Origin: Antedon mediterranea
Lineage: Eukaryota > Animalia > Echinodermata
Length of the DNA: 64,000 nucleotides
Assembly (NCBI RefSeq): GCF_964355755.1
Contig: NC_092673.1
Span: forward strand, 21,883,648 to 21,947,647
Direction: 5' to 3'
Under the pieces are notes generated by a model, which made no database searches, had not been told where the DNA came from, and worked only from the letters and a program-made list of their open reading frames with translations. Each line of letters opens with the position of its first letter. Within the stretch, counting starts at the first letter, position 1. The position numbers and the translations under genes are program-made. Positions 10,501 to 22,822 of the stretch are shown in pieces.

Positions 10501-13500
10501 TGTAGACATATATATATTGAGAGTAGATAATGAAAAGGACTCAAATTTAAAATGTTAACATTATATTGTAGACTACACAATCATATGCTATACTTTAAAT
10601 TTCCAAATTGTCTTGAAGTACTGTGATTTGTTTTCTTGTATTTATAGGAAGATTATGTAGAATATTCAAGGCAGGGTAAAGTGATCAAAGGTCAGGAAAA
10701 AGCTGTGGCAAAATCAAAGTATGAAGAAGATGTGTATTTTAGTAATCATACAGTGAGTATAAACAAAAGAAATCTTCTATCATATCAAGTTCAATATTGA
10801 ATATCGAAACGTGGCAGGCTACTGGGCGCTTGACCTTTGACAAGGTCGCCTAAAATGTATAATTTAAAACTATGGTACTTAGTATTGTATATCTAAATTA
10901 ACTGTTTTTCTAACAAATATCAAAAGTCATGTCTCGGGTTCATTCTATGCTACATCAGAAATGTAATGAATGGATGGCTAGTTGGTGACAAGAACGTTAG
11001 TTGATCATACCCAGTACCGTTTTGATTTTATGATCATTCACATTAACAGCATAGTCATCCTAGTGGCAATGACAGCAATAGCTGCTATTATACTGAATAC
11101 ACTATCCAGAGGATAACTGTATGTGTAAAGCTCTGTCTACACTATCAAACTTTATATGACAAAAATATGTGATGTGCCCATATATGGACATGATTATGTC
11201 ATACCACTACCATATTTGAGCATATCACAACCATATTTGGGCATATCACAACCATATTTGGGCATATCACTAACATATTTAGGCACAGCATACTTTTTTT
11301 GTCAGACTAATTTGATAGTGTAGACAGAGCTTATCACTATAACAGTGCATACTTGGCTATGTTGATATATTCTTAAGTAAAAACAGCTGTAAATCTATTG
11401 ACAATTCTATGAGGCTGAATTACTTACTGTATACATTTTAAACCGAAATTGAATGGTAATGGTAAAACATCATCAAATTTTGTATTTAGTTTATATAGTA
11501 TAAGTTTTTTGTTTTGGTGTAAATATTGTATAAATTATTGAGTGAGATTAAACATTATTTATGGGATATACTCGGTTTGTATAATAATAATATTGTATAA
11601 ATTATTGAGTGAGATTACTCGGTTTGTATAATAATAATATTTTTTTAATTGAATATTACACTACAGACTGTGTGGGGTTCATTTTGGCATGAGGGCCGAT
11701 GGGGCTATCACTGTTGTCATTCATTTGTCAAGATGTCGTACTGCACAGGAGAAGTTGGTAAAACTAGCTTGGCGTCAAGTGGCGCCCTCTCTATGATGGG
11801 CCAGGACAGGTTAGAACAGATTGACGATGGCAAACAGAAATCATTAGTTGAAGTAAGATCACATTTATTTATTTTTTTTTATTAGTATTTATGTTCAACG
11901 ATTTATATCTTGCGGTAACATCATGTCATAAATCTTAAACTTTGTTTAACCAAACAATACATACAAGTATTATAGCAAGCATTGTAATACATGGAAATGT
12001 GTTTCATCTGTTGATATAAATGATGAAATTGATAAAATACTAATATATATTAAAGATGTATTGTGCCCCTGAAAAAATAATGTTTAATGTCATTTTTATA
12101 TTTCACATAATATTTATCCACAAAAAATGAATCGGAAAACATTTTTATTTTATATACCTGCAAAAAATGTAATTTAAAGCAAAAAATTGTCAAATTGGCT
12201 GCAAGCCAATGGGTTTTTGGTTAAATTTGACTATTTATTTTGTCATTTTACATTATTTTGGTTCGTTTTTTTTCTCTGAAAGTGATTAACTTTATCAAAA
12301 CTACAAAAGAACCTATTCAAAGTCTGATTTAATTATTAATCTTTATTTTTGGGGGACAATACATCTTTAATGTAATTTATCCATTAAATAATAAGAAGAT
12401 AGCTAAATGAGTTTTACCTTTTGTTGAAAATGATATATGTAATAATCAATAATAATTGTTTTTTGTTGTTGCTGTATTAGAGCATTTTTCAAAGCTTATT
12501 TATTAAATGGAGTTGTCATGTGATTGGTCTCACATTTGTTACTAGGAAACGGAAATGGTTTTGTACGTCATGATGAGCAAGTTATATAAAAAATCGTTAA
12601 ACTTTATGTAGAATGTGACGTTTATGGCAAATTATAAAATGATGGATTGATATGTTAAAAGTGGATGACCATAATACAAATATTGAGTATTTCTTTGTGA
12701 TAATTTCGAAGGATATTTAGATGTCAACTCATGGTAAAACTAAGAGTTTCTAATCTAACATTAAAATACAAATTGCCAATGCTAATTTTAATTTGAAATT
12801 AATTATCCTAAATGTTTATCATAGCAGTATTTTATTTCCCTTTCTATCTACTCTTTAATAATCTTATTAAAATGGCTTATAATTTTATGTACTTGGTGGT
12901 TCCTTTACAGCTTCAGCAAAAGATTATCTGTATACAGTGTGTAGAATAATAGGAATGACAAATAAAATATTTATACAGTAATATACACTAAAAGAAATGT
13001 TATGGGATATACTGACTGTATAATACAGTATAGCCCATTTCCACTCGTATCAATTATTATTTGTATAATACAGTATTATTATTATTATAAATGATACGAG
13101 TGGAAATATCAATATTATCTACATTCCAAGAATACAACTCCATAATTATTTGTTTTATAAGACATCTATTTTACTCAATGGTAAGAATACATTATAATAA
13201 ATTATATTGTTTACAATTCAAATTGCAGCAACACAAAGAAAAAATTCACACAGAAAAGACAGAAAGAAAAAGAAAGAAAAAGAAGAAACATAGCAAAAAG
13301 ACGGATGTAAAATCAAGTGAAGATGAAAGTAGTGAAGACGAAGAAGAAATAAAAAAGAAAAAATTAAAGAAGGTAAAAAGAATAGAACCATTTTATTTTG
13401 GAAAAGTAGGTTGGGAAAAATTCTCAAATGTTCTGTTTGTTCATAAAACGAAAAAAAATTTTTGTTTTTGTTTTGCATGGGTTTTAAATATATGTATATT

Positions 13501-13931
13501 TTAAATATAAATATACATTTATATTTTTTTAACATATTTTTTTCTTCTCATTTATGTTACAATGTTAAAATTAGTTGCAATAAATTGTCATTTGCTTATA
13601 CTGTATATACAAACAATAATTGATTTATTATTTCACATTTTTAAAAAATTAATTAAAATATAAGTAACAAAATGGCAGTGGTCATAATTCTATTGTGTTC
13701 AGGTAGAGAGGCTATAAACTTAAACGAAAACATCATTTTTTTCAGGCCTTGATAGCTGAGGTACTTAGACAGAAAGAAGCAGATAAGATTCTTGCAATGG
13801 ACGAGAGAAAGAGGACATATAATAGCATGCAAACGATGGGCCAGTACAAAGAACCAACAGAAGAGGAAATGGAGGCTTGGAGGCTGCTGAAGCAGCGGCA
13901 AGAAGACCCTATGGCACAATTTATTTCTTGA
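1555..13931 (+). CDS. SLU7: Pre-mRNA splicing factor SLU7 (second-step factor, zinc knuckle), 14 coding exons, 583 aa
   Basis: Exons 1555-1724, 3018-3168, 3372-3452, 3842-4006, 4461-4535, 5927-6006, 7983-8126, 8476-8543, 9354-9493, 10111-10167, 10648-10752, 11667-11852, 13229-13372, 13746-13931. All GT-AG and phase-compatible, total 1752 nt. Diagnostic motifs: [112 protein letters not shown]. Candidate polyA signal AATAAA at 14378. Confidence 0.97.
2048..2990. mobile_element. Non-autonomous DNA element with terminal ~185-bp foldback palindrome (class uncertain, possibly Crypton-like)
   Basis: 2800-2985 is an imperfect palindrome (CAGATATTG...AAGATTTGACATCCCC / GGGGATGTCAAATCTT...CAATATCTG). 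Both ends of the element recur, joined and inverted, at 48209-48437. Confidence 0.6.
4189..4338. mobile_element. MITE family A (PIF/Harbinger-like), TIR AGCTCTGTCTACACTATCAAAC
   Basis: Terminal inverted repeats plus internal ATATCACTACCATATTTGGGC repeats; ~14 related copies in the window, often flanked by TAA/TTA. Confidence 0.8.
4575..4890 (+). mobile_element. SINE with Deu/Nin-like central domain
   Basis: B-box-like GGGTTCGAGGCC, then AAACCGTAGGTCC...GTTAAAGAACCC...TTCGAGACGAGTAGGGGG...CCTGGTGAACTGG, resembling the DeuSINE conserved domain; A-rich tail. Related copies at 62420-62600 and, inverted, at 54700-54930. Confidence 0.65.
5051..5087 (+). ncRNA. Minimal type I hammerhead ribozyme (Penelope-like/retrozyme type), family 2 copy 1
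   Basis: GCA-CTGATGA-A-AGGC(tagtgtt)GCCT-GAA-AGCT-C-TGC: helix I GCA/TGC, intact CUGAUGA and GAAA core, palindromic AGCU helix III, predicted cleavage after C5084. Confidence 0.65.
5051..5385 (+). mobile_element. Tandem ~159-nt hammerhead-containing repeat (2 units)
   Basis: Units start at ~5051 and ~5210. The second ribozyme (5210-5245) has core CTTATGA and a compensatory helix II, GGGC/GCCC versus AGGC/GCCT. Ends in a (TA)n tract. Confidence 0.65.
5404..5448 (-). ncRNA. Type I hammerhead ribozyme, family 1 copy A (intact)
   Basis: Minus strand CTGCA-CTGACGA-GATCT(acta)AGATC-GAA-ACAGTACTGT-C-TGCAG: 5-bp helix I, 5-bp helix II, palindromic helix III, GUC triplet; cleavage between 5409 and 5408. 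Confidence 0.9.
5684..5728 (-). ncRNA. Type I hammerhead ribozyme, family 1 copy B
   Basis: Same core as 5404-5448, with loop AATA and one helix I mismatch (CTGAA/TGCAG); exactly 280 nt from copy A. Confidence 0.85.
5971..7883 (+). repeat. 63-bp tandem array (30 full units + partial) spanning the SLU7 exon 6/intron 6 junction
   Basis: Unit TTTTGACATGCCTGGTACAAACTTTGACAGCAAAAG|GTTAGTTAATTCAAGTTACAG|ATTTCA. ATG at 5978 and 7868 (1890 nt = 30 x 63); substitutions only, no indels. Confidence 0.98.
8566..8727. mobile_element. MITE family A copy
   Basis: AGCTCTGTCTACACTATCAAAC...GATAGTGTAGACAGAGCT, 22 nt downstream of the SLU7 exon 8 donor. Confidence 0.85.
8859..9200. mobile_element. MITE family B (Kolobok-like, TTAA TSD)
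   Basis: TTAA|AGATGTATTGTCCC...GGGGACAATATATCT|TTAA. Copies at 12054-12366, 40855-41144, 45726-46069; fragments at ~1860-1990 and ~14740-15067. Confidence 0.8.
10188..10575. repeat. Three ~120-150-bp tandem copies in SLU7 intron 10
   Basis: GCTTCAGATTA.ATATTTAGCTGTCGGTCTA.TTCTAAA recurs at ~10188, ~10310 and ~10456. Confidence 0.8.
11129..11331. mobile_element. MITE family A copy (extra internal 21-bp repeats)
   Basis: Both TIRs present; four CATATCAC.ACCATATTTG-type units. Confidence 0.85.
12054..12366. mobile_element. MITE family B copy (Kolobok-like)
   Basis: TTAA TSD on both sides, TIR AGATGTATTGT.CCCC / GGGGACAATACATCT. Confidence 0.8.
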
Positions 13932-13973
13932 ATTATAAACATAGTCCTTTTTTTAAAGAGTCCAGTGTACAGT

Positions 13974-14175
13974 CAGTGGCGTAACGACTATGAGCACTCA
14001 TTGACTAAACCCAGGGGCCCCTGAGCTTATAAGGCCCCTGAGCAGTGCCTAGAGAAAAAAACCTGAGGTATTCAAATATGTAAAAATAGGCTAGAAATGC
14101 CTAAGGCCTCCATGGTTGGAGGGCCACTTAGGGTTTCTAAATCAGGGGGCCTCAGGTCTTTATGTTACATCACTG
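13974..14175. mobile_element. hAT-like MITE (CAGTGGCGTA TIR) in the probable SLU7 3'UTR
   Basis: CAGTGGCGTAAC...GTTACATCACTG with degenerate 8-bp flanks TGTACAGT/CGTACATT; inverted relative of 57703-57881 and 60905-61076. Confidence 0.7.
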
Positions 14176-15085
14176 CGTACATTACCACTAAACCAAGTGT
14201 GCGTGGGAAAACATCGTTTATATGTCACAGGATATTGTCAATTATGATCAAGATGTTGACGTCTTTGCAATAATTTTAAAAAAAATATTTATCGAAGAGT
14301 TCACATCACGAAATACAGGTTTAGCAACAAGGTGCCTCTGGTAAAAGTTAACAATAATATATGTCACTTTAAAAATGAATAAAACATTATTAAAAGAACT
14401 AAAAACAGCTAGAATACAATTTTTATTATTACCAAGAAACTGTCGCTCTATTTTTATCAGAATATTTTAAAGGACAGCTGATTAATTAATTTCTATCAAT
14501 CCCTTTTTCAGTATTTTAATATTATTCATGAAATTTTGTCAATATTAGACCAGTGTAATTAAGTTATATTGCTGATATCAAGTTTTACATATTGTGAAGG
14601 CTGGATTTAATTATCAGTATGCAAATTGATTCATTCATTCTAAAACAAGACACGATGAAAATAAAAATAAAGAATAAAATCAACATTTCAATAAAGCTAT
14701 TCATTTTTTTAAAGTAATGAATTCAAAAATAAATAATTTTATTTAACTAGAAACTCATTGGCAATTTTTGGTCAAAATGAATAATTTGACATTTTTTCTA
14801 ATTTATTTTTTTGTGTGGACTATATCTAACTCAGACTTTTAATAGGTCATTTTGCAGTTTTAATAAAGTTATTCACTTTTGTAGGGAAAAAAATCATTTC
14901 AAAACACAAAATAAACGGTTAATTTTAACCAAAAACCATTTTCTGACAGACAATTTAAGTATTTTTTGCTTTAAATTACATTTGTTCAGGTAATATTATG
15001 CGAAATTCAAATTGCATATTAAACAAAAAAATGTAAATTTTTTTTTTTTCATGGAGACAATATATCTTTAATTTGAACATTATAA

Positions 15086-15500
15086 AGGCCCATTTACACT
15101 AGAATGATAACGATCGACGATCAAAATTTAAGCATGCATTTTTATTACATAAAACAAAAGAAATTAGAAAGTTTTTCGTTCTACAACTAATAGGATAAAC
15201 ATTTATGCTGTCTTTCTCTAATATTTTTTTAAAATTCTAATTAAATGACGTCATGATAAATAAAAACAATAATACTCTTGATAATACAACGATTTTATTC
15301 ATGACGTCATTTGATTGGACGGGTGGAAATATCATTTTCATCAAAGGAAGCATAGATGGTTATTCTATAGTTCAAGAATGAAAAGTTTTTTATATTTCTT
15401 TTGTTTTATGTATGAAAAATGCATATTTGTATATTTATCGTCGATCGTTATTGTCCTATGTTAAATCATGGAGGAAAAAATAATAATTAATAATGGGCCT
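15086..15500. mobile_element. MITE family C (Harbinger-like foldback, TAA TSD)
   Basis: TAA|AGGCCCATTTACAC...AATGGGCCT|TAA with long imperfect inverted arms; second copy at 34897-35257. Confidence 0.8.
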
Positions 15501-15949
15501 TAAGGTAAAAATATATACAGTATTCAAAATGATAGACTGCAGCCACACAGGAAAACGAACGGATGCACACAGCTGAGTGTTTGTAAGCCTGTTGAATGGC
15601 CTTGGATTTATCAAATATCATTTAAATTATCATTTATAATAAAGGTTATTGTGTTGGCTTTCATCTATGCATATCAACATCATGTTAATTAAAATTCAAG
15701 CTATAATATTCTGAATAGAACACCTGCCTAATTTAAGAAATCGATTTAGTATAGGGCCTACTAAAAAATGTTTATTATGAATGTATTTTGAGCGGACTAT
15801 TAGGCCTACTGTACTTATTTATATAAGGTGTCAGTAAATTTGATTTTAACATTAACATTGCTATTTATATTGCATCTTTACAAGGATCTTTATAATATAA
15901 CAACCGATCATCTGGTGAACATTATTTTTTTGGGGAAAAACAGTACATT

Positions 15950-16045
15950 GTAGTTGTAGCTTGGTAGTTAGCTTGTCTTCCAATCCAAAGGTGCCAGAGT
16001 TTGTAACTCACGACACTTTCAACTCCACTCCCTTACCTAAACCTC
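15950..16045 (+). mobile_element. Degenerate tRNA-derived SINE head
   Basis: GTAGCTTGGTAGTTAG A-box-like start and ACAACTCC-like segment shared with 44213-44480. Confidence 0.4.
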
Positions 16046-16347
16046 AAATTAGACTTTTTAAGCACGATAAACTATAAAATAATTTTCCATTTTATAATTG
16101 GCTAGTTACTGTTGGATGCGTATGAAATAAAAATGTTTCACTGACGTTGAATTGAGTATTATTTTAGTGAGGTTATTTCACGTAGTCGAGCCAATTGAAA
16201 ATTAATGTTCTTCGCTAGATGATCGGTGAACATGATGAACGTACAGTTTGGTAACATTGAGTTCAGACCTGATTATTCTGTGTGTTTACATATAATAGTA
16301 ACAAACAGTTACTATTACCAGGATAGGCAAATGCAATATCAGTATTA

Positions 16348-16484
16348 AACTCTACCTAAAACGTCATGCGACAAAACATATGATGTGCTCATAGGCCTAT
16401 ATGGACATAATGATGTCATATCACTACCGTATTTAGGCACATCACACTTTTTGTCAAACTAGTTTGACAGTGTGGACGGAGCTT
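16348..16484. mobile_element. MITE family A copy (degenerate)
   Basis: Internal GATGTCATATCACTACC and right TIR GTTTGACAGTGTGGACGGAGCT. Confidence 0.7.
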
Positions 16485-17517
16485 AGTAAATCATTTTATT
16501 TTATCATTGAGACTATTGAAAGGGGAAACTTAAAAAATCGTCCGTCTTATACCCCTTTCAGATTGCATTGTAAATCGTCGGAGTTTACACACAGCAGCGA
16601 CGTGTTTTGTTTGTTGTGTGTTTATTAATGTTTTGCTAGGCGATTTGAAAGCAGTGTATTACACAATGAATAATTTAAATGCATACATTTTTAATGAATT
16701 TGCGTAGTCTGTTTCAATTAAGTACTTTGTATGGAATAATTGATGAGTTTGCTATAACAACATCATTGATTTTTTAAAGACAGATTTTGTTACGTCAACA
16801 CTTTTGAATACATAAGGCCATTAATTTTATATGGAACAAAAAAAGATTGAGTTTGTATGTACCGTATGCATCTAACGGGGAATTAAAGTTATTTTAGTGT
16901 TTTCTTTCGTTTTATTGTCGATTATAAACAATGAATATTTTCATTTTGTCCATTTCTTAGTTCATGGCTAAATAGTATAGCTCATGAGAATTTTGTTTTA
17001 CCAAATTTACCAAATTATCGGACGTGAAACGTATAGTACTGACCCATCACAGAGTTTAGTCGACTTCTTTGCATTGGCTTTCTCGATCCTCCGCGTTAAA
17101 TTTAGTTTGGGCGCGCGCGGATCACAAGGAAGACGACTAGAGACTACACTGGACGTAAACAGAGATTACTATTGTAAGTCTTGTTTACTTACGATTAGTG
17201 AGTGAATTAATTTGACTAAGATTTACCTTGGGAACGCTTATTATGTTCATTAAGTGACAATAGAAGAAGATTCTCATTTCTCATATTAAAGAAGAAAGTC
17301 ATGGTTACTTGTTTGTTTAAGAACATCGTTTGAAGACAGAATACTTTAAAGCAAAAATGAGCCAGAATTGTTAAATTATGAAAATATAGAAATTACAATA
17401 GAATTCCACTAATAAGGCAAATTGATATTTTAGGTTGTTTTTGTGGGGGTGATTTATTGCCTGGTGAAATTATTTCTCTTTTTAAAGTAAATGAATGAAT
17501 AATAATGTTGGGACCCG

Positions 17518-17675
17518 AAGTGTTGCCTTAAGGGGTGTCCATTGAATAAGGGTTGGCTATAGTGTTAAATATAGGGGGCTGGGAAAGTGTTGCCTTAAGG
17601 GGTGTCCATTGAATAAGGGTTGGCTATAGTGTTAAATATAGGGGGCTGGGAAAGTTTTGTCTTAATAGGGATGTC
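17518..17675. repeat. ~69-bp direct tandem repeat (2.3 copies)
   Basis: AAGTGTTGCCTTAAGGGGTGTCCATTGAATAAGGGTTGGCTATAGTGTTAAATATAGGGGGCTGGG repeated. Confidence 0.85.
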
Positions 17676-17818
17676 TTCTTCGATTTAGTATTCACAAAAA
17701 GATTTATGCTTATAGAATTGAAATGCTATTAAATTTAATAACGATTGTGCATTGTTAACCTTTTAACTTTGAGCAATTGTATGTCACATGAATTTCCGTA
17801 TGGACAAATAAAATGAAT

Positions 17819-17849
17819 TATGAACTATGAACTATGAACTATGAACTAT
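17819..17849. repeat. (TGAACTA)4 microsatellite
   Basis: Direct reading; possibly the 3' tail of a LINE fragment. Confidence 0.8.
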
Positions 17850-20023
17850 CAGCGCATTATTACCTCCTTTCGCGCTTAGTTCATCATCCCCATTAGGATG
17901 AAGCATTGCTATCGCCTAGGTGATATAATAGAAGAGAAGAGTGCCAATACAGCAGCATGTCATGCTGGATACTCTGAAGATAGTAAACACAAATTAGAGA
18001 TATCTTCATTGTATAAATGAGTTAAAATTTCAGTTCTCATCTCACTGTAACATATCGAGGTTATTTTAAACTTTAGGAATGAAAAAAATTGTCCGAAAAT
18101 TATGATGTAATTGCTTGAAGTAGGCCTATAATCACTCTTTGAGAAGTGAACATTTTTAGTGACATTCACTCATTTAAACGTGGTCCTTTAATCCTCAAAA
18201 AGGCAATAACTGATTCTAGAGTGGATTTTCACTGTTTTATAATTGGCTATGGCTATGGTACCTACATAGTAATAAACTTCACTCGATTTCTAGTATAGTA
18301 TTAACACTGTTTTAATCTTTCCACTTGAACCACGGCGCATATTGATACAAACGCTAGCCTTTATACAAAATCATTTTTTACGACGTTTGCATTATTTTGT
18401 CGTGGGGGGTTGTAATTGCGATTTCTGTTTACAGAAATCAATCATTAAAAATCTCTTATTCTGTTACATACAAAGTGAGCATATAAAAAGAAGCACGTTT
18501 GATATCAAACATGACAACCACCTCAAATAACAATTCTCATTATTTTAACATTAAAGTTATCAATACATTATTTACACGTTATAATTCAAACATTTTCAGT
18601 AAATATAGATTAAGTCGTGTGTCATTTCTTTACACGCAGATATTTGAATTATGTAGAAAGTCATTATGTATCATGTCAAATATTATTCTACTGCAGTTAC
18701 TGCAGTAAATACGGTATGTTTTGTCTATTCTTTAACTTGTTACTCTTACGAATCTTTTCTCTTTTGAGGGTAATCACACACACTGTTGCACTGTTGCAGT
18801 GACCGCCTTATTAATAAAGCTAAACCCATACGTTATCATAACAGTATACAGAATGTTTTTATTGCTGCAGTAACTGCAGTAAACAATTGTTGACATAATC
18901 CCCAATGAGCTACCAACAACGACAGAGTTTCTGTATTCTGGATATTCATACTGAAATGTGTGTTGATATTTACATTTAGTGTACAAAAATAAACTAATTT
19001 AGGTGAACATTTTCATTCATGTGCTTCAATATATACAGTATGTTACTATGCATAGTAATACTGAGGAGGTGCGGAATTAAATATGATGTCACATACTATT
19101 TACAATACCGCGTATTCGGCATATATGCATAGCTGGCCTACACACTAAAGGTGCGCAATCACGTTCATGTTATGGTGGTAAACATTTTCTGTTAATGTTC
19201 CTTAACTCGAGCACGGCGGAATCTTGGACGGAATTATTAACTACTCATTCTTAAATTAGGATTAAAAACATTAAAATTGTACAATATACAAGTAGTACAG
19301 ATTTTTTTACAACCTAATTTCTGTTATAACATAATAATAATAATAATAATATAACAAATTAATAATTCCAAATAAAAAACTTGATTCAAAATTTGCATAA
19401 AGAAAATGTGTTTTGCCTTAATTAATGTTTTTAAGTTGATATATCCACAACAAGATAATCAATATTAAATAATAATAATTACACTTTTATATCATCCTTA
19501 TTTATCATACTTTAAGAATGTTATACATAATTTAATGCCTTTTTCATATCACATTCGTATCTAATGAAGTCACTGTATAATATTAGGCCTATAAGTATTA
19601 TATAAACACATTTTAAATGGAAAGAAACAACATATGCAATAGTAAAATAAATATTATATATTCGATATATCATCATGAAGTTTCCCGATTTTTCAATATA
19701 TATCGTCTCGTTTCCATAGTTACGAATGTGTGTTTTTATGCTATAACTTAAAAGTGTCGTCATGTGCCCTGTAAATAACAATCATATTATATTGAGGCGG
19801 AGCTTGTAACATAGACTTCAATATCACACAGTTTAATTGCTAATATAAAAGCATTCTTCATTAATAAAAATAAATTCATCTATTATATTGAACACAAAAA
19901 TTCATTGTGTATATCAAGAACCAGTGAAATAAAGTAATAAAATATTGTTCTTCGCGTTGATAATTGTTTAAAAAATTTAAGACAGGAAATCAATGAACCT
20001 AATTAAAATTAAGTATTGTAACT

Positions 20024-20198
20024 CAGGCAACTTGGACAGTACATGTCAGCCCTAGGCCTAGATGAAGCGGCTATCGATCAGACAACTTGGACAGTACATG
20101 TCAGCCCCTAGGCCTAGATGAAGAGGCTATAACGATCAGGCAACTTGGGCAGTAGGCCTACATGTCAACTCCTAGACCTAGATGAAGCGGCTAACGAT
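20024..20198. repeat. Three ~53-60-bp tandem copies duplicating the stop-codon region of the minus-strand gene
   Basis: CAGGCAACTTGGACAGTACATGTCAGCCCTAGGCCTAGATGAAGCGGCTA x3; the last copy contains the TAG at 20180-20178. Confidence 0.85.
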
Positions 20199-22332
20199 AA
20201 ATGATAATGCCAATACTACCAAGCTTATTTGTGATACGAAACCTGCAAAATATAATAAAAAAGATTATAAATCAACGAATAAATTATCATAGGTAATTAA
20301 ACAAACAACCTCCATATCCTTTTTTATAAAAAATATTCCTTCATCTGAATTTTTTAATAATGTTTAAACAATTTTAATTTCTTTCCAGGTTTAATACCAA
20401 TGTTTTTTTCGAAAAACGTTCGTCTTCACGTTAATGAAATGAGACACTTAAATGGTTTTTTTTTTTTTCAATTCATTCAACATTTATTTAGAAACAGAAA
20501 TAAAAGAAGCATACATTTACATTAACTTAAATGGTAACAATAATTTAAGAACTGTTTCTGGGATCCGAAAAAGAAGTAAAAAAACTTGTCTAATATATCA
20601 ACCCTTAAACAAAAGCAAAAAAGCAACTGCATGACAAATCATTAGCTTACCTCGACACTTAAGATTTCCAGTTTTACTGTCAGAAAGGTCTCCTAATTCT
20701 ACGCAATAGTGGTTGTTGGTTGTTACCGCATCAGTATTATTAGAGTTTTCGTTCGTAATCACCACACACGTATATTCAAAGTCGTAACAGTCAGCGTTGG
20801 CCTCTGGTACATTGATGACGGATACGACCCCTGTAACGCTGATGCTACCTCCTGCACTTATTCCTGCGTCCGTATTGTTAGCATCCGATAGATCAGTTAC
20901 AAATTCTAACGTAGTAGCGTCGTCTGCTGTCGGGTCGTCTGATCCACTTAATACAATTTTAAAACTCCAGTTGTCGCCAGATGATGCCTCTTCTATATCC
21001 GTCCCACCATCATTTGTGATCTGGATGGTGTAAGTTACGTATTCGTCAGCATCAACGTAGAAGTCAAGATCAGAGGAAGGGTTGGTGATCGTTAAACCGA
21101 CAGCCTTTGTATCTAAAGAAAAACAAATAGGATAACCATCATCTCAAATCACATTGTAGTTAAGCGTGGTTCTCACTAGCGACGCAACGCAAGGATGTAA
21201 CGCAACGCAAGTGAATTGACCAATCACAAGCGATGGCTTATTCGCTTGTGATTGCTAACTGTCTATAACTTCGCTTGTCATTGGTTAAAACGCTTGCGTT
21301 GCGTTTACGTCCTTGCGTTACGTTCTAGTGGGAACCAAGCTTTAGGCCTACTGCAGTCTATAGAAAAATAGTCTACAGAAAATCTAACTTGCTAACACAT
21401 TAAACTTACCGCTGGGTGCTGGAGTAGTTATAACAGTCCTCATCTCTGTTGTAGGTCCTGTAGTGATAGCGTCTGTCGAACCTGTAGTGATCGCGTCTGT
21501 CGAACCTGTAGTGATCGCGTCTGTCGGACCTGTGGTGATCGCGTCTGTCGGCCCTGTAGTAACGACGCCTGGAGTAGCATCGGTTGTTAGACTCGTAGTA
21601 ATAGCATCTGTCGGATCTGTAGTAATAGCATCTGTCAGACCCGTAGTAATAGCATCTGTGGTAGACATCTCTGTAGTGGACATCTCTGTAGTGGACATCT
21701 CTGTAGTGGACATCTCTGTAGTGGACATCTCTGTAGTGGACATCTCTGTCATCGTCTGCCCACAAACTTAAAACAAATATACACATGATTATAGGCCTAT
21801 GTATGATATTTAAGGTTATAATAGGTAAGTATGCCTAGGCCATAATAGGTCATGGTATCAAACTTCTATGATTATAAAGTTATGTAGGATACGTTTTGCA
21901 TGCTAAATACAACAATAATTGAGTAAAACAAAAGCTAAAAAGGTTAATTTATATACACAGGTGACACAACGGTTATAAACTGCATTATGATATACAATAG
22001 CCTACAAAAAATACATTAGTATCATACACTTCATGATAAACAACATTCTACTTCATAATCGAATAAATTATCCGAACATTTTTATATTTATATTATAATA
22101 TATTACATTTTAACTCAATATTTTTATTTACATTCTTTATTTTAGATTACTAAGAGACTAATTGATTTCGAAATGTTTAGCAACTTTTTATTTACAATTA
22201 AACGGAACTCTGAGTCATAGACTATTATAGTGAACTATATGCTTTAACAGGTTGTCATTCTAATTGTCACTTACCTTGGGTCACACATGTGACGAAAAGA
22301 ATCAAATTTACTATAATTAAATCGCAATTCAT
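20178..22332 (-). CDS. Secreted, probably GPI-anchored Thr-rich mucin-like protein with an acidic beta-rich (CARDB/Ig-like) domain, 313 aa
   Basis: Exons 22332-22275, 21766-21410, 21112-20651, 20242-20178, all phase 1, 942 nt. Signal peptide MNCDLIIVNLILFVTCVTQVCG; (TEMST)6 and (TDAITTG)-type repeats; domain with YTIQITNDGG...C...C...D..TNNHYC...C; hydrophobic C-terminus GFVSQISLVVLALSFIVSRFI with no cytoplasmic tail. Confidence 0.85.
21163..21341. mobile_element. MITE family D (Harbinger-like, TTA TSD)
   Basis: TTA|AGCGTGGTTCTCACTAG...CTAGTGGGAACCAAGCT|TTA, internally palindromic; degenerate copy at ~39430-39591. Confidence 0.8.
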
Positions 22333-22822
22333 CTAAAAAGAAAGAAAGAAACTAATGATTAAAAAACGTATACATTAAAGATAAGTAAACAGTTTTAAAT
22401 GACGTAATGAGAATAAAATACAATAAAAAAAATACGACACTACCGTGGCAAGAATGTATTGGAGAAATTTCACGCGAATCGCAATTCTTAAAACTCGACT
22501 CTTCGTAAATAATTCGCAGTAAAGACTGTATGATTATCGGAAGCTCTGATTGTTCTGAGCGACAAACCACATGAATCTTGTTGTTACCACGGTAACATCT
22601 TAAGATTGTGTCAACGACGTTCATTGGCTATGAGATACAACATAGCAGGTTATTTGTGGATTTAGTTGATCCGGTATGAGATTAAGAACGCGCTACATAA
22701 AGTTGAAAATAATTATCTCTACGAATGTAAATATTCACAATCTATGGTTATCGTCCAGTTACTTCATAGTACTTTAACCAATATTACAGCGGAGAACGCG
22801 GCACTAGATTATATTATTATTA

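Noticed and set aside
21406-21786. RDVHY-repeat (minus) and VVIAS/VVDIS-repeat (plus) ORFs
   Set aside because: Shadow frames of the Thr-rich exon; only the TEMST frame fits the splice phases.
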